A stretch of DNA of 38,097 nt from Polyangiales bacterium (GTDB taxonomy: Bacteria; Myxococcota_A; Polyangia; Polyangiales; Houyiibacteriaceae): the NCBI GenBank assembly GCA_045106895.1, contig JBGCFM010000255.1, positions 1 through 38,097 on the forward strand, given 5' to 3'. The position numbers and the translations under genes are program-made. The stretch's first letter is position 1, and each line of letters begins with the position of its first letter. A model generated the notes under the pieces. That model made no database searches. It worked only from the letters and a program-made list of their open reading frames with translations, and had not been told where the DNA came from. Of this stretch, positions 1-8,781 are shown one piece after another.

Positions 1-2
1 AC

Positions 3-707
3 GCCTTTGCCCACATCGGCGCAACCGGAAGCGCGGCGCTTCTTCTGGAGCTAGGAAGCGAACTTCTATCGGACGCGGAGTATCTCGGTGAGGACGCGGT
101 GAGCGGCTTCCTCGCGTTTCGCAACGCCACCAACGACGAAGGCTGGGAGTCCGGTGGTGATGTCGACGAGGTAAGAGATGCTCTCGTGCGTCATGCCAAG
201 AAACACCCCGAAGAGTTCGTGGTGGCCGTGGTCGAAGAGCGAGAGTGGAGCAACGATCACCAAACGTTTCGCGCCACAGTTCTTCTGCGACCCGACGCCC
301 TCCACGAGGTTCTCTTGGCCATTGCGGTGGAGGACAAGTGGATAGAGCTGTCGAGGCCGGCGGAGATACTCTCACTCGCCGATGCCCGAAGGCGAATCGA
401 GGACGAGATACGCGAGCGCCCGCTTGCGCCCGTGCGCTGCGCCTTTCGTCTCGATTCCTGCAGCGAGCGAGAGGATGGGGAAGTTCGGCTTTGGGCGACT
501 GAAGTGCTGGGTCTCGACGCCCTTCCCTTCGGTCCCCTAGCGCTCGCTTTCGTTCGAGGCGAAGAGACGTTTCATGCGAAGGGACGTTTCATGGCGGACC
601 TATCGTCCTACGCGCCGAGCCAGGGAGCTGTTCATTCGGCGCGCAGGCCGCCGGACGTCGAGAAGCGACCCACGGGATGGACCGTCACGTGCACGAGCGA
701 GGTCTGA
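3..707 (+). CDS. Hypothetical protein, 5'-truncated by window edge
   Basis: The frame of ORF 99..707 is open back to position 3 (AFAHIGATGSAALLLELGSELLSDAEYLGEDAV-SGFLAF...), so the true start probably lies upstream of the window. No recognisable family motif. Confidence 0.65.
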   Translation, partial: AFAHIGATGSAALLLELGSELLSDAEYLGEDAVSGFLAFRNATNDEGWESGGDVDEVRDALVRHAKKHPEEFVVAVVEEREWSNDHQTFRATVLLRPDALHEVLLAIAVEDKWIELSRPAEILSLADARRRIEDEIRERPLAPVRCAFRLDSCSEREDGEVRLWATEVLGLDALPFGPLALAFVRGEETFHAKGRFMADLSSYAPSQGAVHSARRPPDVEKRPTGWTVTCTSEV

Positions 708-791
708 GCGCGCGACGGCTCGGCGCGCAATGGGAGGGAGCGCGACGGCTGGGCGCGCAATGGCTGGGCGCGCAATGGCTGGGCGCGCGAC
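708..791. repeat. Degenerate 15-bp tandem repeat, ~5.6 copies (consensus GCGCGCRAYGGCTGG)
   Basis: Units at 708, 723, 738, 753, 768 and a partial unit at 783. Begins immediately after the TGA of the upstream CDS. Confidence 0.9.
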
Positions 792-1289
792 CCGAGAATC
801 GTAGCCAAAGGTGCCGACTTGGATGCTCGCGATGTGCGCCAAACGGCTATCCAACTGTGCCGCCACGCTGCGGACGTGGCCGTCGCCGCCGCTCCCTAGC
901 GAGGTCTGAGCGCACTATCGTTGGAGACACTCTAGGAAACGAACCCGCCGCTTACTCAACCCCGCCGAAGGACTTTGCCTCATACTTTTGGGACCTTGAA
1001 GCCCCCCCCCCTCGGTGGCGCGACTCGCGGGTTTGCTAAGGCCGCCTCATCGGCCCGTCGCCTCCGGCGCATGCCAGGTCACCGTCCGTCGGGATCGGGA
1101 TGAGCCCGATGGCGAGGGAGTTCCATCGCGAGAAGCACGACCTGGTGAGCGTACAGATGACCTCCTCGAAGTCCTCCGACAGATGCAGCAGCCCCTCTGC
1201 ACAGAGTCTCTTTACTTCATTGCTCGAACGCTGGACTGCACCGTAGGGTTCTGGGCACCGGTGGCGTTGATGACGGTGAGCGAGCATGC

Positions 1290-1820
1290 ATGAGTATCCC
1301 AGAGGACGAACTCGTCCGAGCGATAAGCGATGGCGATCGGGTGGCGTTTCAGCGACTCGTCGAACGCTTCGGACCGGCGCTGTATCGAGCTGCATGTCGG
1401 CTCGTTGGGGAAGGAGAGGCGGATGACGTGGTTCAGGAAGGCCTAACCAAAGCGTATATCGCACTCCGAGACGGACGTTTCACGAAACGTGAAGGCGGAA
1501 CCCTTGAGGCGTGGCTAAAACGAATCGTCGTTCGCACGGCACTCGACTCCCTACGCGCTCGAAAGCGGAGACGGGTGCGGGAAGTCGCTCACGAAACGTG
1601 CACGCCCGAAGTCGCGTCAGCACGCTTGGCGCTCCGCGAGCTGGAAGTTCTCCTCGACGCGCTTCCATCCTCGCAGAGGGTTGCGTTGGTGCTCAAGGAG
1701 GTCGAAGGAATGAGCGTGCGGGAGATTGCCGCGGCGATGGATTGCTCCGAAGGCGCCGTCGAGCAGCGGCTCGTTCGCGGGCGGGCAGCCCTACGCGCAA
1801 GACGAGGCGACGATGTTTGA
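1290..1820 (+). CDS. ECF-type RNA polymerase sigma-70 factor
   Basis: Region 2 (GDRVAFQRLVER...ADDVVQEGL...AWLKRIVVRTALDSLR) and region 4 (LDALPSSQRVALVLKEVEGMSVREIAAAMDCSEGAVEQRLVRGRAALR). Confidence 0.95.
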   Translation: MSIPEDELVRAISDGDRVAFQRLVERFGPALYRAACRLVGEGEADDVVQEGLTKAYIALRDGRFTKREGGTLEAWLKRIVVRTALDSLRARKRRRVREVAHETCTPEVASARLALRELEVLLDALPSSQRVALVLKEVEGMSVREIAAAMDCSEGAVEQRLVRGRAALRARRGDDV

Positions 1821-2058
1821 TCCCCACGACTCCCCATTGCAGGTGTTCGCAGAACGGACCGAAGCCCTGACCCCAACCGCCGACGCCCTTGGCCGCTGGA
1901 GCCGTGTCGCTCTTGGACGTGCGGCGGCTCGACGACGACGCCGCGACCTCTTCTATCTGGCCGCCGTCGCGTCGGTCCTCGCGATCATCTGTGGCGCATG
2001 GGCCCATGTGGAGTCGACCAAACTCGAACAAGTGCTGGCAATGGAGGTCATGCGATGA
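1813..2058 (+). CDS. Small single-pass membrane protein, probable anti-sigma factor
   Basis: ATG at 1813 overlaps the sigma factor end. Arg-rich stretch followed by one TM helix (LFYLAAVASVLAIICGAWA). ATGA overlap with the next gene. Confidence 0.7.
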   Translation: MFDPHDSPLQVFAERTEALTPTADALGRWSRVALGRAAARRRRRDLFYLAAVASVLAIICGAWAHVESTKLEQVLAMEVMR

Positions 2059-2447
2059 GCGGAAGACTTGCCACGGCTTTTTTGGGCGGACTGGTGCTCC
2101 TCGTAGGAGTGGCCATTGGTGCCACCGCGATGCGTGCATACGACATGAGGACTGCGCTCGCGTGGTTGAAGCAGCCCACGACGGAACGGCGTGCGCAATT
2201 CGTCGAAGTCGCGCTAACGCGGCGCCTCGACCTCGACGAGTCCCAAGTGGAGGCCATGCAGGAGGTGATCGAGAGTCAGCGCCCGGCCTTCGAAGCGATC
2301 CTGGCAGAGAGCAGCGACGAGCGACAAGCGTTGAGACATGAACTCGTCGAGGAGGCACGCGGGTTTCTCCGCCCGGCTCAGATCCGCGAAATGGAGCGGC
2401 TCATGCGCATGGTCGATGCCCAGCAAGAATCTGAACTCTCACCATAG
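2055..2447 (+). CDS. Periplasmic helical sensor, Spy/CpxP or heavy-metal-resistance (CnrX-like) family
   Basis: N-terminal hydrophobic anchor, helical body with two LTxxQ-like motifs (LDLDESQ, FLRPAQ). Third gene of a sigma/anti-sigma/sensor triad. Confidence 0.7.
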   Translation: MSGRLATAFLGGLVLLVGVAIGATAMRAYDMRTALAWLKQPTTERRAQFVEVALTRRLDLDESQVEAMQEVIESQRPAFEAILAESSDERQALRHELVEEARGFLRPAQIREMERLMRMVDAQQESELSP

Positions 2448-2520
2448 GATTCGGAAGAGCGGCGGCGTTCGGAAAGAAGACGAAGCGTGACCCGCGTTTC
2501 GGAGTCTTTGGAGGCTGTTT

Positions 2521-4170
2521 GTGCGTCGCTTGATTCGTTTGGTTCTTGGTCTTTCCCTCTCCCTTTCGCTGGCCTGTGGCGATGAACCGGGCTCCGATGT
2601 CGGCGACTCGGGAGTTGGCGACTCGGGAGTCGGCGCGCAAGACGTTCCGGCGCTTGATGGAAGAGTCTCTCCTGCGGAAGACGCCAGCGCAGACGTCGAG
2701 AGCGAACCGCCCGGTACTATTGTGATGACGCAAAGTGGCCCGGTGGAGGGCGTCGACGACGGGCAGGTTCTTCACTACTTCGGGATCCCTTATGCGGCGC
2801 CGCCGCTCGGCCTACGCCGATTTCTCGGCCCCGAGCCGATGCCTCCATGGACCGAACCCCTCGACGCATCCTCCTTCGGCCCGGAGTGTCCTCAGCGCGA
2901 CCGCGACGATGGGGTCGTGGTCGGTGAAGAGGATTGCCTTCAACTGAACATCTGGGCCCCAAGCGCGCCCGGCCCCCATCCGGTCATGCTCTGGCTCCAC
3001 GGCGGCGCCTTCATTCAGGGAAGCGCAACGACGGGCCTCTACGACGGTTCCGTATTCGCGGCAGCCGGCGATGTCGTGGTGGTCAGTGTGAACTACCGTC
3101 TCGGCGCACTTGGATTCTTGGCTCACGAAGCACTTGTCGACGAAGCTGGAACAGCCGGTAACTACGGACTTCTCGACCAAGTTGCGGCCCTCGAATGGCT
3201 TCAAACAAACATCGCCAGCTTCGGTGGTGACGCGGGGAACGTCACCGTCTTCGGAGAGTCCGCTGGGGGTAGTTCCATCTGCGCCCTTCTAGGCATGCCG
3301 GTGGCCGACGGCCTGTTTCACAAAGCGATCATTCAGAGCGGAGGCGGTTGCAACGGGTACCCGAACCTCAATGCCGGGACGAATCCGGCCACCGAAGTCG
3401 GCACGTCTATCGCGCTTGCCGCTGGTTGTCGGGGCAGCGCCGACGAAGTGCGGAGCTGCCTTCGTGATTCTCCCGTCGAAACGTTGATCGACGCGCAGTT
3501 CATGTCGGGGTCGTCGGGACTCGGTCTTCCGCCGCTCGGACCAAACGTCGACGGAGTCCACTTCCCCCGAGTTACCTACGAGCGCATCGCGGACGGCGAA
3601 GGTCCCCGGCGCCCCATCATCACCGGATCGAACGCCGATGAATCGCGCACCTTCGTCGCCTCCGTTCCGGTCCCCGATCTGGGCGCCTACGAGACGCTCG
3701 TGCGTGGAGCGTTTGGAGCTATCGCGGACGACATCTTGGAACTCTACCGAGCGGCGGATTTCGATTCGCCGAAACTGGCCTACGAGGCCGTCGTCAGTGA
3801 CGTTGCGTTTATCTGTAGTGCGCTCTCGTTCGCGCGAGCCGCCGAGGCAGCGGACCATCCGGTGTACAGCTACCACTACGTGCACCTATTCAATGGCCTT
3901 CTGGGGCGCCGAGGTGCCCTCCATGGCGCCGAGCTCTTCCCACTGTTCGAAGGCTGGGGTCTGATCCCGGCCTACACACCGGTCGAAGCGGACCTGGAAC
4001 TCGGAAACGCGATGCAGACTCATTGGCGCTCGTTCGCCCACACGGGCAATCCAGGAACCGATTGGCCGGCGTATCCGAGTATCCGAAGCCTCGCCATTCC
4101 CCTCTCCAACACTGACAACATCCGACAAGGTCGTTGCGAAGAGCTTCGTGCGCTTGGCGTGGTCCGTTAG
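2521..4170 (+). CDS. Carboxylesterase type B family lipoprotein
   Basis: Lipobox SLAC. Motifs GIPYAAPPLG, EDCLQLNIW, HGG oxyanion hole, GESAG nucleophile, NADE (Glu) and HGAE (His). Confidence 0.95.
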   Translation: MRRLIRLVLGLSLSLSLACGDEPGSDVGDSGVGDSGVGAQDVPALDGRVSPAEDASADVESEPPGTIVMTQSGPVEGVDDGQVLHYFGIPYAAPPLGLRRFLGPEPMPPWTEPLDASSFGPECPQRDRDDGVVVGEEDCLQLNIWAPSAPGPHPVMLWLHGGAFIQGSATTGLYDGSVFAAAGDVVVVSVNYRLGALGFLAHEALVDEAGTAGNYGLLDQVAALEWLQTNIASFGGDAGNVTVFGESAGGSSICALLGMPVADGLFHKAIIQSGGGCNGYPNLNAGTNPATEVGTSIALAAGCRGSADEVRSCLRDSPVETLIDAQFMSGSSGLGLPPLGPNVDGVHFPRVTYERIADGEGPRRPIITGSNADESRTFVASVPVPDLGAYETLVRGAFGAIADDILELYRAADFDSPKLAYEAVVSDVAFICSALSFARAAEAADHPVYSYHYVHLFNGLLGRRGALHGAELFPLFEGWGLIPAYTPVEADLELGNAMQTHWRSFAHTGNPGTDWPAYPSIRSLAIPLSNTDNIRQGRCEELRALGVVR

Positions 4171-4210
4171 AGCGACGAGCCGCGCTCCAGTCACGCGGAA
4201 GTGAAGGTCG

Positions 4211-4659
4211 GTGCGCCCGTCGAGGTGGCGGCTGTTCGCACGTCGAGCTGGCTGCATCAAACTTGGGCTCGGCGCGGCGGTCGCATATCCGAACCTCAAC
4301 TTCCGAATGCGCAACAATCGCGAGACGCCCATCCTCGCGAACGCGAATCGAAGGCGTCTGCGCCATCGCGCAGATCTTCGGTGGCGAGCGAGCGGGTTCA
4401 ACTTGTTCGTCGCATCGACGAGTTTCTTCCGTTTGAAGAACGGAAGATTGAGCGTAATTCGTACGCTATGGGCGTTCGCACACTCGCGCGCCGCGGTGTT
4501 CCGGGCTTCGTGCTGTCACGTTATCGGATCGGCGAAGACGTGGAGGCGCGGGCGCGGGTGATGCGTCGCGAAACCAATCAAGATCGCTACGCACCGACCG
4601 CGCAGACCTGCCGTTTGGCTACTGGCGGGCCAGCGCCAGATGACCACGACACTAAATAG
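4211..4659 (+). pseudogene. Frameshifted relic of a VanW/G5-domain protein (C-terminal part)
   Basis: One frame gives IKLGLGAAVAYPNLNFRMRNN (VanW-like). Another frame continues RRIDEFLPFEERKIE...RRGVPGFVLSRYRI...DRYAPTAQTCRLATG (G5-like). No N-terminus or credible start. Confidence 0.6.
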
Positions 4660-4803
4660 GGACATGCACCTGGAGTACGCCGGTGGCGCAGAGGATGCGG
4701 CCGGCGACGGTGGCGTAGGCGAGCCGAGTTCGACAGCGGCTCTTGAACACTGAGTCTCCCAGTTTGAAAGCCCGGCGCACACGGAGAATGATACGGTGAC
4801 CTC

Positions 4804-5583
4804 GTGCAGTACGGACTTCCCCGAATCTTCTGCGTTGTCTTTATGCTCTCTATTGGCGCGGTCACCGTTGACGCCCAAGAAGTGCAAGCAACGGAACCCG
4901 TCGACGCAGACACCGAGCGTGCTGATGCGCGCGAGCTGTACGCCGACGGCGCCGACTCGTTTGAGGCGGGCGACTTTCAATCGGCCCTTGAGTCGTTCCA
5001 AGCTTGTTACGAGCTCTCTCGACTTCCGGCGCTGCTCTTCAATATTGGCTCTTCGTATGACCGGCTCGAACAGCCGGCGGAAGCAGTTCGTCATTACCAG
5101 GCGTACATCGCGGCCGTGCCCGATGCCGACAACCGAGAGTATGTTGAAAGCCGCATGGTCCTCCTTCGGGCCAGTGACGAAGAAGACGTTGGCGACGAAG
5201 CGCGAAGCGGTCCCGGGTCGAGCGGTGCGGAACAGGGGAACGAAGATGTCTTCGAGAGTCCTTCACGCGTGGGGCCCGCGCTCCTTATGGCCGCCGGCGG
5301 CGCAAGCGCAGTCGGTGCAGTGGTTGCAGGTCTCCTCGCGCGTTCTTCGCGCAGCGACCTGGACCGAGTCTGTGCAGGTTCGATTTGTCCTCCAGAAGCA
5401 CGCTCGACGCACGATGTGATGAAGAGACGAGCGTTGGTGACGGACGTGCTCGGTGGTGTCGCTATCGCGCTCGTGGTCACCGGCGTGGTCTGGTGGGTCA
5501 TTCAGCCAGGCGAAGACGATAATGAAGCCCGGGTAGAGCTCGGCTGTTCGATTGGAACCTGCAACGCGCGGGTCGAGTGGTGA
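4804..5583 (+). CDS. Secreted tetratricopeptide-repeat protein (myxobacterial type) with hydrophobic hairpin and C-terminal aromatic residue
   Basis: Signal peptide. TPR region ARELYADG...YELSRLPALLFNIGSSYDRL...AVRHYQAYI. Two Gly/Ala-rich hydrophobic helices. Ends CNARVEW. Confidence 0.85.
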   Translation: MQYGLPRIFCVVFMLSIGAVTVDAQEVQATEPVDADTERADARELYADGADSFEAGDFQSALESFQACYELSRLPALLFNIGSSYDRLEQPAEAVRHYQAYIAAVPDADNREYVESRMVLLRASDEEDVGDEARSGPGSSGAEQGNEDVFESPSRVGPALLMAAGGASAVGAVVAGLLARSSRSDLDRVCAGSICPPEARSTHDVMKRRALVTDVLGGVAIALVVTGVVWWVIQPGEDDNEARVELGCSIGTCNARVEW

Positions 5584-5588
5584 TTCTT

Positions 5589-8500
5589 ATGAGACGTTAT
5601 CTCTTTTCATATTTCTGCTGTTCTCTGCTCGCTTCGTGCTCCGTCTGGGCCGACGGCGACTACGAGTTCGTCGATTCTGAGTGCCGACAAGACCTGGAGT
5701 GCGCCGCCGCCGCCTTCGCGACGCCCACGTGTAGTGCGGGCCGATGCGTCCTCACGTGTGATGACACCCACGTAGACTGCAACGACGACTACAGCGATGG
5801 TTGTGAGTCCGCCCTCGACGACCTGGAGTCGTGTGGCGGTTGCGGCGTCGTTTGCGAGGCCTCCAGCGGGAACATGGCGATGTGCGTTGATGGTGAATGC
5901 GGTGTCATCTGCAACGCGGCGGAGTTTCTTGACTGCGACATGGACGCGGCGAACGGATGCGAGGTGGACGGAACCACTTTGGCGAACTGTGGCGGATGCG
6001 GCGTGCGCTGCGCGGACGGCGAGTTCTGCCGAGGCGACGGAGAGACCTACGCGTGCGCGATCACCTGCGACGAAACCGACTGCGGCGGAACGTGTGTAGA
6101 CACCACCATTAACCGTCTGCACTGTGGCCGGTGCGGAAACCTTTGCAGCAACGAGAATACGGACACACCGAGTACCTGCGGGGGCGGCGAGTGCGTACTT
6201 GACTGTAGCGACGGTTTCGAGAACTGCGACATGAATCCGCAAAACGGATGCGAGACCGAGACGAACACCTCGACGAACTGCGGTGCATGCGGGGTCGGAT
6301 GCGGCTTAGACAACGCGACGGGCGTTTGCGACTTGGACGGCGCGTTTCCGGAATGCGCGATAGGCGCCTGCAATGAAGGGTATCTGGACTGCAATGCCGA
6401 GACCAGCGACGGCTGCGAAGTGGACCGGACAAGCGATGCGAACCACTGCGGCGCCTGCAATTTCCAGTGCCCAGACGGCATCTGCACGAACGGGGTCTGC
6501 GACCCCGTCATCGATGTGGCGAGCTCATTCGATCACTCGTGCGCAGTGCGCTTGAGCGGTGCGGTCTATTGCACCGGCGCAGACAGCTACGGAGCCAACG
6601 GTGGTCTTGCGGACCCCGCTCTTGAACCGCGCCGAGTGCTCTTGGCGGATGGAAACCCTCTCGTGGCGAACGCGATATCCGTCGGCGAGAATCACTCCTG
6701 CGCCATCGATGCGAGCGGGCATCTTCTTTGTTGGGGACGGCGAACCGACCAGCGGGTGGGCCAGACCTCAACGACGGGCAACAGCGAAGCCCCTGCGCCC
6801 GTCGAGGCGGCCGCAGGCGAAGTCATGGACTTCGGTCTCCGAACGTTCACGGAGGTCAGAACGGCGTTGCGGCATTCTTGCGCCCTGGATGACCTCGGCG
6901 GAGTTTGGTGTTTTGGTGCAGGCGATCGCGGCGGACTCGGCGGAGGAAACGAGAGCGACTCTTTGGCGCGCCGCGTTGCGCTCCCGGCGGCCGCGCGAAC
7001 CGTCGTCGTGGGCCTCTTCACGAGTGCTGCGATTCTGACGGATGGCCGCGTGTATGGGTTTGGAGTGAATGACTATGGTCAGCTTGGAATCGACCCAACG
7101 GTGGAAGACATGGTTTTGTCGCCAAGGGAGCTTCTCGGAGGAGGTCTAGTTCGCGACTTTGCACTAGGAGGGTCGTCTGCCTGCTTCCTTGGGATGGACG
7201 ATGTCGTCCGCTGTATGGGGCGCAACACCGATACCCGCCTCGGGTCCGAAGGCGAAGACTCGCACGTGCCGCGCGCGGTCGATTTGCCCTTTACAGCGTT
7301 GAGCATTAGCGCGACGACGGCAAGCGCGTGCGCGCGATCGAGCAGCACAATCTACTGTTGGGGACACAACGACGATGGTGAGGCCGGCTCCGGCGCTTTC
7401 AGCCCGAGCAGCCTGCCCGTCGAGGTCGTGTTTCCGGAGGGCGTAGTCCCCGACGCACTTCTCCGCGACGGCTATTACAACGTCTGCGCGCTCGCGAATG
7501 GCGTGCCTTACTGCTGGGGATCCAACAAGAACGACAACCTCAGCGTGAACCTGGACGACTGGAGAGAGTTGAGCCGGCCCGAAGCGGTGGACGGGTCTCC
7601 ACTACCGCTGGTCAACGTGAGCGTCGCCGGTGAACACGGGTGCGGCGCGACGAGCGATGCACTTTACTGCTGGGGCACTCCTCCAGAGACACTTCGTTCG
7701 AGCTCTTCGGACCGCGCGTTCTATCACGAGCCGCTAGAAGTTGTTCTGCCGTCTGGTGTCACGAGCGTGCTGTCCATCGCCGCAGGCGACAACCATACTT
7801 GCTTCGTTGGTAACGACGGCGTTGTTTACTGCGGCGGCGACAACGGCAGTGGCGAACTCGGGGCCGTGAGCGGGGTACGGAACACGCCGATCGCCGCCGG
7901 CTTGCCAGCAGGCATGGAGGAAGTGTCGGCGGCGACGAATGCGACCTGCGCTCGTCGCGGCGGCGAAGTGTACTGCTTCGGCGAATCGGCGTTTCACCCG
8001 TCCAGCGCGGGCCGCAACGAAGACCGGGTCTCCGGCGGCGCGAGCCTAACGACGCCCGTGCCGGGGCTGAGCGATGCGGCGCACATCGCTTCCGGACATG
8101 CGTTTTCGTGTGCCCTACGCGAGGGGGGCGCGGTTCAATGCTGGGGCTTTGACCAGCTCGGGCAGCGAGGTGATGGCGACGACGAAGATGGGATCGTGAA
8201 TCTCCCGGAGCCCGCGCGGGACATTGGTCTTGGCTTTGCGCATGCGTGCGCGGTCCTCATGAGTGGACGGGTGATGTGCTGGGGCAACAGCAATTTCGGC
8301 CGCCTGGGCAACAACGTCACCTCGGGAACGTTCGTCGACCCTGTCTACGTTGTTGACGGTGCGGGGATGCCGATCACGGGCATGATGATGGTTGGTGTTA
8401 ACGAAGCGACCAGTTGCGCGGTCGGAGTGGACAACACCGTCATGTGCTGGGGCGACTCCCGTCACGGCGAACTCGGGACGTTTGTTTCTTCCCCCGTGGC

Positions 8501-8717
8501 CGTGCTCCGACCCGACATCAATGATGCGCTCAGCGTCCATGGTGGGTCGTACGTCCGGGCGAGTACGCTTTGCTTTATGCGTTCCGGCGCCGATGGTGAT
8601 GGCACGGTGGGTTGCATTGGAAATCGAAATGCCGGTCGCATTGGTGGGGCCCGGGCTCTTCCGCGTGTTGCCGCGCCGATGCGCTACCGGGGGCTTCCGG
8701 GGCTTCCGGGGGACTAA
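5589..8717 (+). CDS. Lipoprotein with Cys-rich repeats (CGxCGxxC / DCD...GCE) and RCC1/BLIP-II beta-propeller repeats
   Basis: Lipobox LLASC. N-terminal third has repeated NCGACGxxC and DCNxxxxDGCE units. The rest has many HSCA...VxCWGxNxxGQLG repeats. Alternative GTG start at 5577. Confidence 0.9.
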   Translation: MRRYLFSYFCCSLLASCSVWADGDYEFVDSECRQDLECAAAAFATPTCSAGRCVLTCDDTHVDCNDDYSDGCESALDDLESCGGCGVVCEASSGNMAMCVDGECGVICNAAEFLDCDMDAANGCEVDGTTLANCGGCGVRCADGEFCRGDGETYACAITCDETDCGGTCVDTTINRLHCGRCGNLCSNENTDTPSTCGGGECVLDCSDGFENCDMNPQNGCETETNTSTNCGACGVGCGLDNATGVCDLDGAFPECAIGACNEGYLDCNAETSDGCEVDRTSDANHCGACNFQCPDGICTNGVCDPVIDVASSFDHSCAVRLSGAVYCTGADSYGANGGLADPALEPRRVLLADGNPLVANAISVGENHSCAIDASGHLLCWGRRTDQRVGQTSTTGNSEAPAPVEAAAGEVMDFGLRTFTEVRTALRHSCALDDLGGVWCFGAGDRGGLGGGNESDSLARRVALPAAARTVVVGLFTSAAILTDGRVYGFGVNDYGQLGIDPTVEDMVLSPRELLGGGLVRDFALGGSSACFLGMDDVVRCMGRNTDTRLGSEGEDSHVPRAVDLPFTALSISATTASACARSSSTIYCWGHNDDGEAGSGAFSPSSLPVEVVFPEGVVPDALLRDGYYNVCALANGVPYCWGSNKNDNLSVNLDDWRELSRPEAVDGSPLPLVNVSVAGEHGCGATSDALYCWGTPPETLRSSSSDRAFYHEPLEVVLPSGVTSVLSIAAGDNHTCFVGNDGVVYCGGDNGSGELGAVSGVRNTPIAAGLPAGMEEVSAATNATCARRGGEVYCFGESAFHPSSAGRNEDRVSGGASLTTPVPGLSDAAHIASGHAFSCALREGGAVQCWGFDQLGQRGDGDDEDGIVNLPEPARDIGLGFAHACAVLMSGRVMCWGNSNFGRLGNNVTSGTFVDPVYVVDGAGMPITGMMMVGVNEATSCAVGVDNTVMCWGDSRHGELGTFVSSPVAVLRPDINDALSVHGGSYVRASTLCFMRSGADGDGTVGCIGNRNAGRIGGARALPRVAAPMRYRGLPGLPGD

Positions 8718-8781
8718 GACTAAACGGCGGACTAAACGGCAGTCGCGAATCCTGTCTTAGCGGCGAACCTTGGCGCGAGAC

